In this document: in pieces, positions 1 through 9,503 of the stretch
How the letters are laid out: each line of letters begins with the position of its first letter
Numbering within the stretch: position 1 is the stretch's first letter
Source of the DNA: Thalassobaculaceae bacterium
GTDB taxonomy: Bacteria > Pseudomonadota > Alphaproteobacteria > Thalassobaculales > Thalassobaculaceae
Assembly (NCBI GenBank): GCA_965228875.1
Contig: OZ245843.1
Span: 1,408,616-1,472,615 of the forward strand
Reading direction: 5' to 3'
DNA length: 64,000 bases
The notes under the pieces: generated by a model
Databases searched by the model: none
The model's input: the letters and a program-made list of their open reading frames with translations, nothing else
What the model was told of the DNA's origin: nothing
Position numbers and translations under genes: made by a program

Positions 1-645
1 TGCAACGGGCTGGAAGTGACGAATCCGGAGCGCCGCGCGCTCGGCTTCACGACTGGCCAGATGGTCTGCGCCTTCCCGGAGCTGAAGCCGATCTGCGGTT
101 TCGCCCGCACCGCCACGATCCGCGCCATGGCACCGGCCCGGCGCACCGCCGCCGAGAACGTCGCCGCCCGCCAGGCGTATTACGACTATGTCGCCAACGG
201 CGGCCCGTCCCCGGCGATCACCGTCATCCAGGACCTCGACAGCGAGCCCGGCTTCGGCGCCTTCTGGGGAGAGGTCAACACCGCCATCCACAAGGGACTC
301 GGCGCGCTCGGCGTGGTGACCGACGGATCGATTCGCGATCTCGATGCCTGCGCCCCCGGCTTCCAACTGGTCGCGCGCAAGGTCGGACCGAGCCATGCGC
401 ACGTCCACGTGGTCGACCACGGCGGCCAGGTGAACATCTTCGGCATGATCGTCAACGACGGCGACATCATCCACGCCGATCGGCATGGGGCCGTCGTCAT
501 CCCGCCCGAGTCTGTTAAGACCCTGCCCGACGCCATCGATCTGCTGACCCGGCGCGAGGCGGTCGTTCTGGACGCCGCCCGCGCGCCGGACTTCGACTTC
601 GAGAAGCTCAAGGCCGCGATGGGCCAGTCGGCGGACATTCACTGA
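1..645 (+). CDS. RraA family protein (HMG/CHA aldolase-like), 5' truncated by window edge
   Basis: Frame open from base 1. Motifs GAFWGEVNT, GVVTDGSIRD and GDIIHADRHGAVVIP are typical of the RraA-like fold. Confidence 0.85.
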   Translation, partial: CNGLEVTNPERRALGFTTGQMVCAFPELKPICGFARTATIRAMAPARRTAAENVAARQAYYDYVANGGPSPAITVIQDLDSEPGFGAFWGEVNTAIHKGLGALGVVTDGSIRDLDACAPGFQLVARKVGPSHAHVHVVDHGGQVNIFGMIVNDGDIIHADRHGAVVIPPESVKTLPDAIDLLTRREAVVLDAARAPDFDFEKLKAAMGQSADIH

Positions 646-655
646 GGCGGCATCG

Positions 656-1630
656 ATGGCAACGAACAAGAAGAAGGTCCTGATCGTCGGGCCGATCCAC
701 GATCACGGGATGGATCTGCTCGCCGCGCGCGACGATGTGACGGTCGAGGTGATCGACACCCTCGACCCCGAGGTGATCCAGAAGCATGCCGCCGACGCCC
801 ACGGTATCGGCGTGCGGGTTGCGAAGATCAACCGCGCGGTGATCGAGAACGCGCCGAACCTCCAGGTCGTCTCGCGCCACGGCGTCGGCTACGACAGCGT
901 CGACGTCGAGACTCTGACCGAACGCGGCATCCCGCTCTGCATCGCGCCGCGCTCGAACGCGCCGTCGGTGGCCGAGCAGGCGATGATGTTCATGCTGGTG
1001 CACGCCAAGAAGATGCACGTCCTGGATCCGATGGTCCGGGCTGGCGAGTGGAACCGGCGCTCGGAGGTCGAAGCCTTCGACCTGGCCGGCCGGACCCTGC
1101 TGATCTGCGGCCTGGGCCGCATCGGCTCGCGGCTGGCCAAGCGGGCGCTCGCCTTTGACATGAAGGTGTTCGGCTACGACCCGTATATCGACCAGGACAA
1201 GATCCGGGCGATGGGCATCGAGCCGGTGGCCGACTTCCGCGCCGTGCTGGGCGAATGCCACATGGTCAGCGTCCACTGCCCGCGCAACAAGGAGACGATC
1301 GGCCTGATCGGCAAGAAGGAGCTCGACGCCCTTCCCGCCGGCTCGCTGGTGATCAACTGCGCGCGCGGCGGCATCGTCGACGAACCCGCCCTGCTCGACG
1401 CGGTCCGCTCCGGTCGCGTGGTCGGCGCCGGCCTCGACGTGTTCGACGAGGAACCGGCCTTCGAGCACCCGTTCTTCGGCGAGCCGAACATCCTCATGAC
1501 CCCGCATTCCGCGGGCATGAGCCTGGAGGCCCGCCAGCGCTCGTCCTACCAGACCGTCGAGAACATCCTGGCGGTCTTCGACGGCACTCTCGACCCGGAT
1601 GTGGTCGTCAACAAGGAGGTCCTCTCCTAA
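656..1630 (+). CDS. D-isomer specific 2-hydroxyacid dehydrogenase (SerA-like, no ACT domain)
   Basis: Motifs RHGVGYDSVD, GLGRIG (Rossmann), INCARGGIVDE, LDVFDEEP and TPHSAG. Confidence 0.9.
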   Translation: MATNKKKVLIVGPIHDHGMDLLAARDDVTVEVIDTLDPEVIQKHAADAHGIGVRVAKINRAVIENAPNLQVVSRHGVGYDSVDVETLTERGIPLCIAPRSNAPSVAEQAMMFMLVHAKKMHVLDPMVRAGEWNRRSEVEAFDLAGRTLLICGLGRIGSRLAKRALAFDMKVFGYDPYIDQDKIRAMGIEPVADFRAVLGECHMVSVHCPRNKETIGLIGKKELDALPAGSLVINCARGGIVDEPALLDAVRSGRVVGAGLDVFDEEPAFEHPFFGEPNILMTPHSAGMSLEARQRSSYQTVENILAVFDGTLDPDVVVNKEVLS

Positions 1631-1657
1631 GAGGCCCCCGACATCGGAGGAAACGCC

Positions 1658-2428
1658 ATGAACAGCCGCCTGCACGACGTCTGGGCCGCCGACCGCGGCG
1701 CCCTGAACGGCTGGCTTTCGATTCCGTCCACGGTGACCGCCGAGATCGCGGCGCTGCAGGACTACGACAGCCTCACCTTGGACCTGCAGCACGGCCTGGT
1801 CGACTACCAGACCGCGCTCGAACTGATGCAGGCCGTCCACGGCCACGGCAAGACGGTGCTCGCCCGGGTGCCGTGGAACGAGCCGGGCATCATCATGAAG
1901 CTGCTGGACGGCGGCGCATTGGGCATCATCTGCCCGATGATCAACACCGCAGAGGAGGCAGAGCGCTTCGTCGGCGCCTGCCAGTACGCGCCGCGCGGCT
2001 ACCGGTCGTCGGGTCCGACCCGGGCCGGGCTGATCTATCCGGACTACTTCAAGTCGGCCAACGACACGATCGTCACCCTGGCGATGATCGAGACCGTGCA
2101 GGCGGTAGAAAACCTGGACGGTATCCTGGCGACCCCGAACCTGACCGGCGTCTATGTCGGTCCGGGCGACCTCGCCGTCTCCATGGGCAAGCCTCCGGCG
2201 CTCGACCACACCGAGCCGGAGATGGCCGGCATGATCGACGGCATTCTGAAGAAGACCAAGGCCGCCGGTCTGAAATGCGGCATGCACTGCCTGAGCCCGG
2301 CCTTCATGGCCGACGCGGTCAAGCAGGGGTTCGACTTCGTCACCCTCTCCAGTGACGTGCGGATCTTCACCGCCGGCGAGGCCGCAGGCGTGTCCGAGTT
2401 CCGCAAGCTGGGCGGTGGCGAGCGATGA
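1658..2428 (+). CDS. HpcH/HpaI aldolase family protein
   Basis: Motifs LDLQHG, ARVPWNEP, LDGGALGIICPM, MIET and YVGPGDL. GGAGG RBS upstream. Confidence 0.9.
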   Translation: MNSRLHDVWAADRGALNGWLSIPSTVTAEIAALQDYDSLTLDLQHGLVDYQTALELMQAVHGHGKTVLARVPWNEPGIIMKLLDGGALGIICPMINTAEEAERFVGACQYAPRGYRSSGPTRAGLIYPDYFKSANDTIVTLAMIETVQAVENLDGILATPNLTGVYVGPGDLAVSMGKPPALDHTEPEMAGMIDGILKKTKAAGLKCGMHCLSPAFMADAVKQGFDFVTLSSDVRIFTAGEAAGVSEFRKLGGGER

Positions 2429-3567
2429 GCGCAGCACCGTCGGTCCGCCGCGACGGGGATCAGGTCTTCGTCCCCGTCGAGGTGATGACCCGGATCGGCC
2501 GGGCGACCTTCGAGGCCAGCGGCTGCGCGCCGCAGGAGGCCGACACCATCATCACGCGGCTGGCCGGCGCCAATCTCCGCGGCCATGACAGCCACGGCGT
2601 GATTCGACTGCCGCGTTACGTGCAGTGGATCGACGAAGGCCGGCAGGTGCCGAACCAGACCGTCGACGTTCTGCTCGACCAGCCGAGCTTCGCCGTGATC
2701 GACGGCAAGTTCGGGTTCGGCCAGAGCATCGGCGAGCAGACGGTCGATATCGGCGTGACCAAGGCCAAGGCACACGGCGTGGCGATGACGTCGCTGCGCA
2801 ATTCCGGGCATCTCGGACGCATCGGCGACTGGGCCGAGCGGGCGGCGGCCGAAGGTATCGTGTCCATTCACATGGTCAACGTGCGCGGCTCGCTGATCGT
2901 GGCACCGTTCGGCGGTATCGACCGCCGCGGCAGCACCAATCCGTTCTGCGCCGGCATCCCGATGCCGGACGGCGAGGACCCGATCATCCTCGATTTCGCC
3001 ACGTCGCTGGTCGCCGAGGGTAAGGCGCTGGTAGCGCTCAAGGGTGGCAAGCCGCTGCCGGCGGGCGCGCTCGTCGATGCCGACGGCAACGTCACCAGCG
3101 ATCCGAAGCCGCTCTACGGCGAGACGCCGCCCGGCCAGTATCCCGACCCGGCCAGAGGGCCCGGCGCGCTCCGCGCCTTCGGCGACCACAAGGGCTTCGG
3201 CATGAATTTCCTGATGGAGATGATGGCCGGCGCCCTGACAGGCTCGGGCACCGCCGGCGCGTTGGGCGAGGCTGAGAACCGGCCGTTCTGCAACGGCATG
3301 TTCTCGTTCTACGTCGACCTCGCCGCTTTGAACGGCGTGCCCACCCATCTCGGCCATCCCTTCGCCGAGGAGGTCCGCAACTACGTCGCCTTCGTCAAGT
3401 CGGCCCGACCGACCGAACCCGGCGGCCAGGTGCTGATCCCCGGCGAGAAGGAGAAGATGACGATGGCCGAACGCCTGGAGACCGGCCTGCCCCTGGCATC
3501 GCAGGCCTGGGACGACATCGTCGCCACCGCCCGCGCCAAGGGCGTCAACGACGTAGAACTGGGCTGA
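2425..3567 (+). CDS. Malate/lactate/ureidoglycolate dehydrogenase (Ldh_2 family)
   Basis: Motifs GHDSHG, HLGRIG, TNP, LDFATS and HKGFG. ATGA overlap with the upstream aldolase. Confidence 0.9.
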   Translation: MSAAPSVRRDGDQVFVPVEVMTRIGRATFEASGCAPQEADTIITRLAGANLRGHDSHGVIRLPRYVQWIDEGRQVPNQTVDVLLDQPSFAVIDGKFGFGQSIGEQTVDIGVTKAKAHGVAMTSLRNSGHLGRIGDWAERAAAEGIVSIHMVNVRGSLIVAPFGGIDRRGSTNPFCAGIPMPDGEDPIILDFATSLVAEGKALVALKGGKPLPAGALVDADGNVTSDPKPLYGETPPGQYPDPARGPGALRAFGDHKGFGMNFLMEMMAGALTGSGTAGALGEAENRPFCNGMFSFYVDLAALNGVPTHLGHPFAEEVRNYVAFVKSARPTEPGGQVLIPGEKEKMTMAERLETGLPLASQAWDDIVATARAKGVNDVELG

Positions 3568-3573
3568 CGACTA

Positions 3574-3606
3574 GAGGGGCTGGCGACAGCGCTCGATCAG
3601 CCCCTC
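3574..3606. terminator. Hairpin between convergent genes (possible terminator)
   Basis: GAGGGGCTG (3574-3582) pairs with CAGCCCCTC (3598-3606). No U-tract. Confidence 0.35.
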
Positions 3607-4877
3607 ACCACCCCCTCGCGGCCGACCACACGGTCGTTGCCGGCCTCCCTCGCCTCGCCGAGCCTCGCCTCGGCATTGGCGAACAGGCTGTAGAGGTCGC
3701 CGCCATCCTCTGGACCGGTGGCAACCCCGATGCTGACGGTGACGATGGCGCCGCGCTCCGACAGATCGGCGCGCGCGACCGTCCGGCGCAGCCCTTCCGC
3801 CATCGCCAGGACATCGCGATACCCGTGGCCCTCGGCAAGGACCGCGAAGGTGCTGCCACCATGGCGGAACACCCGGCAGTGATCGTCGGCGATCGTATCG
3901 TCGATCAGCCGCGCGGCGGCGCGCAGGATCGCATCCCCTTCCCGCCGACCCTCGCGGTCGTTGATCTCCCCCATCCCATCGACATCGACCGCCAGCACGC
4001 TCACCGTCGCCCCGGCCTGGATCGCCGCGGCGGCGCCGTCGCGGCCGGCCGAATCGAACTGCCCCCGGTCAAACAGGCCGGTCAGCCGGTCGCGCCCCCT
4101 CTCTCCCAACAGATCGAGATACCGCTCGCGGTAGGTCAGCGTGTCGAAGACATCCGAGAGTCGGATCTCCGCTTGCTCGTCCGCGCGTCGCTCGACGAAA
4201 CGCAGGTAGACCACCACCATGATGCTGAACACCAGGGCCGCGCCGATCTTGGCGGCCCAGCCGCCGTACAGGACATGCCACGGCGCCTCTGTCACGTAGT
4301 GCAGCGCCAGGAAGAACCCGGCCTGGTCGAAGGTCAGCATGACGGCCGAGGAGAGGAACACCCGCATCAGCAGCTGGCGCCGCAGCCACCGTCCGAGCTT
4401 CTCGTAGACCAGAATGATCCCGATCGAATCGAGAAACAGCAACGCGGTTCCCCAGACCATCAGCCAGCCCATCTCGTCGACGAACGAGATGTTCGGCTCG
4501 CGCCCTGGAACCGCCGGCACCACCTCGTGGTTGCGCAGGACGACGACCAGGCCGACGATCAGGAAATTGCCGATCAGCAGGCCGTAGATCGGCTGTCGCA
4601 CCGTGGCCGCGTCCTCCTTGATATAGAGCAGGAGAATCATCAGCAGCTTGCCGGAGAACAGCACCGTCGAGCCCGGCGAGATGATCCCGAACGGAAGCTG
4701 GATATAGAAGACGGCCGCCAGATAGGTCTCGAGGAAGTGCATGACCCCGAGAGCGCACAGGAAGACACCGATTCCGACCCGCCGCCGCGCCCAGAACAGC
4801 AACGCCATGACGCTGAAGTAGACAAGCGCCTGGACCAGCAGCAGCAGGAAGTTGCCGGTCTCCAGCGTGATGGCCAT
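3597..4877 (-). CDS. Membrane protein with VUT/YhhQ-like N-terminal domain fused to degenerate GGDEF domain
   Basis: Multi-helix hydrophobic N-terminus. C-terminus has DRLTGLFDR, VDVDGMGEINDREGRREGD and VTVSIGVA; the active-site motif reads RHGGSTF instead of RxGGDEF. Confidence 0.8.
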   Translation of the reverse strand: MAITLETGNFLLLLVQALVYFSVMALLFWARRRVGIGVFLCALGVMHFLETYLAAVFYIQLPFGIISPGSTVLFSGKLLMILLLYIKEDAATVRQPIYGLLIGNFLIVGLVVVLRNHEVVPAVPGREPNISFVDEMGWLMVWGTALLFLDSIGIILVYEKLGRWLRRQLLMRVFLSSAVMLTFDQAGFFLALHYVTEAPWHVLYGGWAAKIGAALVFSIMVVVYLRFVERRADEQAEIRLSDVFDTLTYRERYLDLLGERGRDRLTGLFDRGQFDSAGRDGAAAAIQAGATVSVLAVDVDGMGEINDREGRREGDAILRAAARLIDDTIADDHCRVFRHGGSTFAVLAEGHGYRDVLAMAEGLRRTVARADLSERGAIVTVSIGVATGPEDGGDLYSLFANAEARLGEAREAGNDRVVGREGVVRG

Positions 4878-4948
4878 GAGGTTGCCGTCCTTTGAGTGCG
4901 AAGGTCCGGGAGTCGTACACGGGACGTTGCCCGGTCACAACTGGCGGT

Positions 4949-6007
4949 CTAGGGATCGGGGGCCTGCTGAACGCGCCGGGCAAACGCCGCTGCGACGGCC
5001 GCCGGCAGATCGCAGCTCCAGTAGTCACGCAGGTAGCGCTTGAAATCGAAGATCGTCACTGCGGGGCAGACCTCCATCTCAAGCAGCCAGGGCGTCCCAT
5101 CCGCCCCGAGGCGGATATCGAGGGAGAACAGGTCCCGCAGGCCCATACCATCCGCCAGAGACCTTGCCATCGCAGCTATTCGTGCCTGTGCCTTCGGATC
5201 GCCGTCCCGCAGATCGACCAGATCGGCGCCCCCTCTTGGTCGACCATCCGCACCGGGCTGGCCAACCAGGCCGTAGCTGTCGTCAAGCGTGACGAACGCC
5301 TTCCCGGATGCGGTCTCCAGGCGGTAGGTGCCGAGGCGTTCCAGTTCCATGTCCTCACCAACCGCCATATACGAAACCCGGACGTCGCGCCCTTCGATGA
5401 ACGGCTGCACGACCGCATCGTCGCCATAGCGACCGTGGATCCGGCGGGACAGGCTCGCCGCATCGCGCAGCGAGTCGACTCGGCTGTCCTCCCAGATACC
5501 GATCTTGGCGCCCAATGTATTCGGCTTCACGAACCAGGGCCCCTCGCCGGCCGGCGGCGGCGTCAGCCAGTAACCGTCGCGCAGCAGGCCGAAGGCGGGT
5601 GCCGTGACGCCGAGCGCTCGCGCCGTGGCGGCGGTCTTCGCCTTGTCCTGGGCCAGGGCATAGGCCTGAGGGCTGCTGCCGAAGGTCGGCGCGCCGAACA
5701 GCCGGGCCATGCCGACGACGCCACTGCCTCGATAATAGCGAACCCCGTCGGTCACCGCCCAGACGAGGGTGTCGGCCGGCCTCTCCCGCAGCCAGTCAAT
5801 CCACGCGTCAGGCACCGTCGGATCGGCGATCCGACCCTCGATTCCGTTGTCGGCCAGGGCCTTCAGCAGCGCCGCGCCCTCGGCCTCCAGGTCGTTCGTC
5901 TGGTCCAGATAGAAGGCGATCTCCTCTGCGATATCTGCCGCGATATCGGCGTCACGCAGGCGCGCCACGCATCCGGCCGGCCGTTCGGCCAGGATCAGTG
6001 CTCTCAT
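4949..6007 (-). CDS. ATP-grasp protein, divergent D-alanine--D-alanine ligase-like
   Basis: LAQDK, WFVKPNTLGAKIGI, VVQPFIEGRD and LDIRLGADGTPWLLEMEVCP follow the Ddl ATP-grasp layout. Confidence 0.75.
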   Translation of the reverse strand: MRALILAERPAGCVARLRDADIAADIAEEIAFYLDQTNDLEAEGAALLKALADNGIEGRIADPTVPDAWIDWLRERPADTLVWAVTDGVRYYRGSGVVGMARLFGAPTFGSSPQAYALAQDKAKTAATARALGVTAPAFGLLRDGYWLTPPPAGEGPWFVKPNTLGAKIGIWEDSRVDSLRDAASLSRRIHGRYGDDAVVQPFIEGRDVRVSYMAVGEDMELERLGTYRLETASGKAFVTLDDSYGLVGQPGADGRPRGGADLVDLRDGDPKAQARIAAMARSLADGMGLRDLFSLDIRLGADGTPWLLEMEVCPAVTIFDFKRYLRDYWSCDLPAAVAAAFARRVQQAPDP

Positions 6008-6738
6008 CCACCCCTCTTACGCCGATATGCCTCGATCAGTTCGCGGAGCCGCTCGCCATCGAACGGCGCGAAATGCCCCGGAAGAACACGCGCGACATCG
6101 AGGGTCAGCAGCCTGCGGTGGGTGGCCAGCATGGCGTCGATATCGGCGCCGGGGATCTCGTCCAGGATCTCGCCCTCATAGGCGACATCGACCGAAAACA
6201 GGACCCGCGTCGCTTCCTCGTAGAAGCAGAGATGGCCGGGCGAATGCCCCGGCGTGTGAAGGCACACGACCTCCCGGCCGCCAAGCTCAAGGATCGCACC
6301 GTCCCTGACCGTGCCGGTCGCCGGTGCCGGCGGGATGTGCCAGGCGCGGGCGTCGAAGCGGCCACCGTCGGGATTGAAGACGAGCGACTCGGGGTATTCC
6401 TCAAGATAGGGCAGGATCTGTGTCGCCTCCTGGCCCGGATCGGCGAGAATGGCCGCCTCCAGAGGATGCGCCAGCCGTTCGGCAAACTGGTGCATGCCGC
6501 CGATATGATCGAAATGGGTATGGCTCGCGACGGCCACGATCGGCCGCTCGAACAGGCCCGGCACATGGTCGACGAGCGCTACCAGCCCCCAGCCGGCATC
6601 GATCACCAGCCGGCGATCGGCCCCGTCGACGACCCAGATGGCGCCGCGTGCCCCTGGATCCGCATACAGCTCCTCAATGCGCCAGATCCCGGCGCCGTGA
6701 TCCTCAACGCGAATAACCCCGTCGTCGAAGGTTTCCAT
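6004..6738 (-). CDS. MBL-fold metallo-hydrolase
   Basis: Metal motifs SHTHFDHIGG, HTPGHSPG, FSVD and LPGH. Confidence 0.9.
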   Translation of the reverse strand: METFDDGVIRVEDHGAGIWRIEELYADPGARGAIWVVDGADRRLVIDAGWGLVALVDHVPGLFERPIVAVASHTHFDHIGGMHQFAERLAHPLEAAILADPGQEATQILPYLEEYPESLVFNPDGGRFDARAWHIPPAPATGTVRDGAILELGGREVVCLHTPGHSPGHLCFYEEATRVLFSVDVAYEGEILDEIPGADIDAMLATHRRLLTLDVARVLPGHFAPFDGERLRELIEAYRRKRGG

Positions 6739-6769
6739 GGCGCGATCCTACCGTCGCCGTGCAGGCACG

Positions 6770-6798
6770 AAAAAGCCCCGGTGCGGCGCAACGGGGCT
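6770..6798 (-). terminator. Rho-independent terminator of rpmF
   Basis: Minus strand AGCCCCG...CGGGGCT stem followed by a T-run, about 30 bp after the rpmF stop. Confidence 0.8.
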
Positions 6799-6829
6799 CG
6801 ATCGTTCGGCTAGTGCCGAGGAGACGGGG

Positions 6830-7015
6830 TCAGACCCGCTCCTTGACCTTCAGGACCTGCCGGCCACGGTACATGCCGGTCTTCAGGTCGATGTGGTGCG
6901 GCCGGTGCAGCTCGCCGGTGTCCGCGCTCTCGACATAGGCATCGGACGTCAGCTTGTCGTGCGCCCGGCGCATACCCCGCTTGGACGGGGTGGTTTTACG
7001 CTTGGGAACCGCCAT
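6830..7015 (-). CDS. rpmF: 50S ribosomal protein L32 (no zinc-ribbon cysteines)
   Basis: [20 protein letters not shown]...[24 protein letters not shown] at 7015; the ORF track over-extends the start. Confidence 0.97.
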   Translation of the reverse strand: MAVPKRKTTPSKRGMRRAHDKLTSDAYVESADTGELHRPHHIDLKTGMYRGRQVLKVKERV

Positions 7016-7070
7016 CGTTCGCACTCCAACAGAAAGACGTTGCCGCAGGAACGCCTGCGACGGAGCGCGG

Positions 7071-7099
7071 TTTATACGGAAGTTGCGGGGACGGCGCAA
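7071..7099 (-). promoter_or_regulatory. Sigma70-type promoter of rpmF
   Basis: Minus strand TTGCGC-N17-TATAAA. Confidence 0.65.
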
Positions 7100-7193
7100 G
7101 GCCGCTGTTCGCGCGTGACACATAAAGGTAACTTGCGACGGCCCGTTCGCGGGAATACTCCATCGATCCCAGTGGCAGAACCGTCCGATCGCC

Positions 7194-8333
7194 ATGTTCC
7201 CGGTCTTCAAGAATGCCAAGCTCGTCCTTCCGGACGCCGTCGTCGACGGCACGCTGAATACGGACGAAGCCGGAATCGCCGCCGTCGACGACAGCGCGGC
7301 CGCCCCACCCTCGGCCATCGACTGCGATGGCGACTACCTGATGCCCGGGCTGGTCGAACTCCACACGGACAACGTCGAAAAACACTACCAGCCGCGGGCT
7401 AAGGTCTACTGGGACGGCGTATCCGCCGCCATCGCCCATGACGGCCACATCGCGACCTCCGGCATCACCACGGTCTACGATTCGCTCTGCCTCGGTCTGT
7501 CGGAGAAGGGCGAACTGCGCGCCGAGCACATGGGCCCGATCATCGACGGGATCGTCGACGCCCGCGCCGCCGGCATGCTGCGCGCCGACCACCGCCTGCA
7601 TCTGCGCTGCGAGGTGATCGGCGCCGACGTTCTGGACCAGCTCTCCGAATACGACGACCACCCGCTGGTCGGCCTAGTTTCACTGATGGATCACGCGCCG
7701 GGCCAGCGCCAGACCGCCAATCTCGATATCTGGTTCAAACTGCGGCGCGAGGTCGACGGCCTGAGCGAGGACGAGTGTGCCCGGGAGTACGACCGGCTCA
7801 CCAACGCCTCCGCCAGTTGGGGACCGAAGCACCGCCGGGCGATCGCCGGCTGGGCGCGCGATCGTGGCATCAGCCTGGCCAGCCACGACGACGAGACCGA
7901 GGCCCATGTCGCGGAATCGGCGGAAATCGGCTGCTCGATCGCAGAGTTCCCGACCACGCTGGAGGCGGCACGCGCCTCGCGGAACCATGGCCTGGCGGTC
8001 CTGATGGGGGGGCCGAATCTCGTCCGGGGCCGTTCGTCCTACGGCAACATCACCGCCCGGGATCTCGCGGCCGACGGGCTGCTCGACATCGTCTCCTCCG
8101 ACTACATCCCCGCCAGCATGCTGCACGCCGCCTTCACCCTGCCGGAGCACGTAGACGGCTGGGACCTGCCGCGGGCGGTGGCCACCGTGACCGCGACGCC
8201 GGCCCGCCATGCCGGGCTGCACGACCGCGGCACGCTCGCGCCGGGCAAGCGCGCCGACCTCATCCGGGTCCGCGTCATCAACGGTCGCCCGGTCGTCCGC
8301 GGCGTGTGGGTCGAAGGCGAGCGGGTGGCCTGA
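7194..8333 (+). CDS. phnM: Alpha-D-ribose 1-methylphosphonate 5-triphosphate diphosphatase
   Basis: Motifs [41 protein letters not shown] and GKRADL. Confidence 0.9.
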   Translation: MFPVFKNAKLVLPDAVVDGTLNTDEAGIAAVDDSAAAPPSAIDCDGDYLMPGLVELHTDNVEKHYQPRAKVYWDGVSAAIAHDGHIATSGITTVYDSLCLGLSEKGELRAEHMGPIIDGIVDARAAGMLRADHRLHLRCEVIGADVLDQLSEYDDHPLVGLVSLMDHAPGQRQTANLDIWFKLRREVDGLSEDECAREYDRLTNASASWGPKHRRAIAGWARDRGISLASHDDETEAHVAESAEIGCSIAEFPTTLEAARASRNHGLAVLMGGPNLVRGRSSYGNITARDLAADGLLDIVSSDYIPASMLHAAFTLPEHVDGWDLPRAVATVTATPARHAGLHDRGTLAPGKRADLIRVRVINGRPVVRGVWVEGERVA

Positions 8334-8381
8334 CGTCAGGAACGGCGCCGAGGCCGCGCGGCGCCGGCCTTCAGGATGCCA

Positions 8382-8978
8382 TCAGCGCGTACCGGTCAGG
8401 TCGCTGCGACGCCAACGGTGGGCGGTCTCTGGCGTTGCCCCCTCGTAGCGGTGGGCCCGGTGCCGCCCGACCAGGTCGGACCCGTCGGCGCTTTCGGCAT
8501 GGCGGTCGTCCGCGTAGCGCGCCGAAGCGACGAGCAGCATGTCGAACCGTCCGGTTCCGGACGTCATCGGAAGGATCAGCCGGCAGTAGTGGAACAGACT
8601 GTCATCGCCGATATCGACCTTGATCTCGCTGAAGACCGGCCGGCGCAGGCGAAAGGCCTGCAGGTAGTTGCGCTGCACCAGATCGGCGTAGGCCGGCTCG
8701 CGAATGTCCGAAACCGCGCGATGGGTCATGTCGCCCTCCAGCGGATCGTCCATCCCCGACCCGAACAGGCGGAACCGGAAGCGGGTCGGCCGACCGGGAT
8801 CGACCGTCACCAGGTTGATCCGCCCCAGCAGGTCGGGAAAGTCGAATCCGTCGAACGCGTCGCGGCGCAGAACCGGCGCTGACCGGCGCCCGGCATCCCA
8901 GAAATCCCACAGGCGGGCCATCGGGTCGTCCGCGCCGACAGGGCGCGGCAACTCGCGCTCTACCAGGATGTCGAACAT
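8382..8978 (-). CDS. PAS domain-containing protein (PAS_5/DUF1457-like)
   Basis: Pattern LWDFWD...FRFRLFGSG...YCRLILPM. Start placed at ATG 8978. Confidence 0.65.
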   Translation of the reverse strand: MFDILVERELPRPVGADDPMARLWDFWDAGRRSAPVLRRDAFDGFDFPDLLGRINLVTVDPGRPTRFRFRLFGSGMDDPLEGDMTHRAVSDIREPAYADLVQRNYLQAFRLRRPVFSEIKVDIGDDSLFHYCRLILPMTSGTGRFDMLLVASARYADDRHAESADGSDLVGRHRAHRYEGATPETAHRWRRSDLTGTR

Positions 8979-9010
8979 GCCAGACGCGCGCCCCCGAGCC
9001 GGTTCCGCCG

Positions 9011-9493
9011 CTACTCCCCGTTCTCGAAAGTGTACCGGAAGTCGCAGTGGCTGGCCCCACCCATCAGGGTCTGCGTCCGCTCCAGCTTGATCCGGGGATC
9101 GTAGCCCTCGCAGAAGGTGCCATCCCGGTTGCAGGACAGCAGGTGGCCGATCTCGCCGAGCCCCATGGCCCGGTACATCTCGGAATACCGGCATCGGGTG
9201 ACGTTGAAATCGAGGGTCTTCGGCGTGCGGTCGATCGGCTCGATCTCCAGCGCGCCGCTGGCGGTCCAGTGCTTCTGGATGTCGGCGAAGGTGTCCAGGT
9301 CGGTGCCACCCTCGGCCTCGGCGGCGAAGGCCCTGGCCTGGGCGATCGACGCCTTCTTGATGGCGGTGCCGAGAATGTGCTGCGCCTTCTCCGTACCGAG
9401 TTCCTCGACCATCTCCTCGTAGATCGGCTTGATCACCTCGGCCTCGATCCGGCGCTGTTCGAGGATCGGCAGGCGTTTGGTCTCGGTGGTCAT
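9011..9493 (-). CDS. L-2-amino-thiazoline-4-carboxylic acid hydrolase family protein
   Basis: Motifs FNVTRCRYSEMY, LSCNRD and RTQTLMGGASHCDFRY. Confidence 0.85.
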   Translation of the reverse strand: MTTETKRLPILEQRRIEAEVIKPIYEEMVEELGTEKAQHILGTAIKKASIAQARAFAAEAEGGTDLDTFADIQKHWTASGALEIEPIDRTPKTLDFNVTRCRYSEMYRAMGLGEIGHLLSCNRDGTFCEGYDPRIKLERTQTLMGGASHCDFRYTFENGE

Positions 9494-9503
9494 GGCCTTC
9501 CTC

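Noticed and set aside
608..2437. 609-aa minus-strand ORF, and similar overlapping ORFs throughout the track
   Set aside because: Antisense or alternate-frame shadows of clearly identified genes, with composition typical of non-coding frames.
6830..7015. Zinc-free L32 as a zinc-starvation paralog
   Set aside because: Cys-less L32 is common as the sole copy in Alphaproteobacteria, and I see no Zur-like box.
7105..7135. Possible Pho box upstream of phnM (GTGACACATAAAGGTAAC)
   Set aside because: The half-sites are 13 bp apart rather than 11 and lie on the strand opposite phnM.
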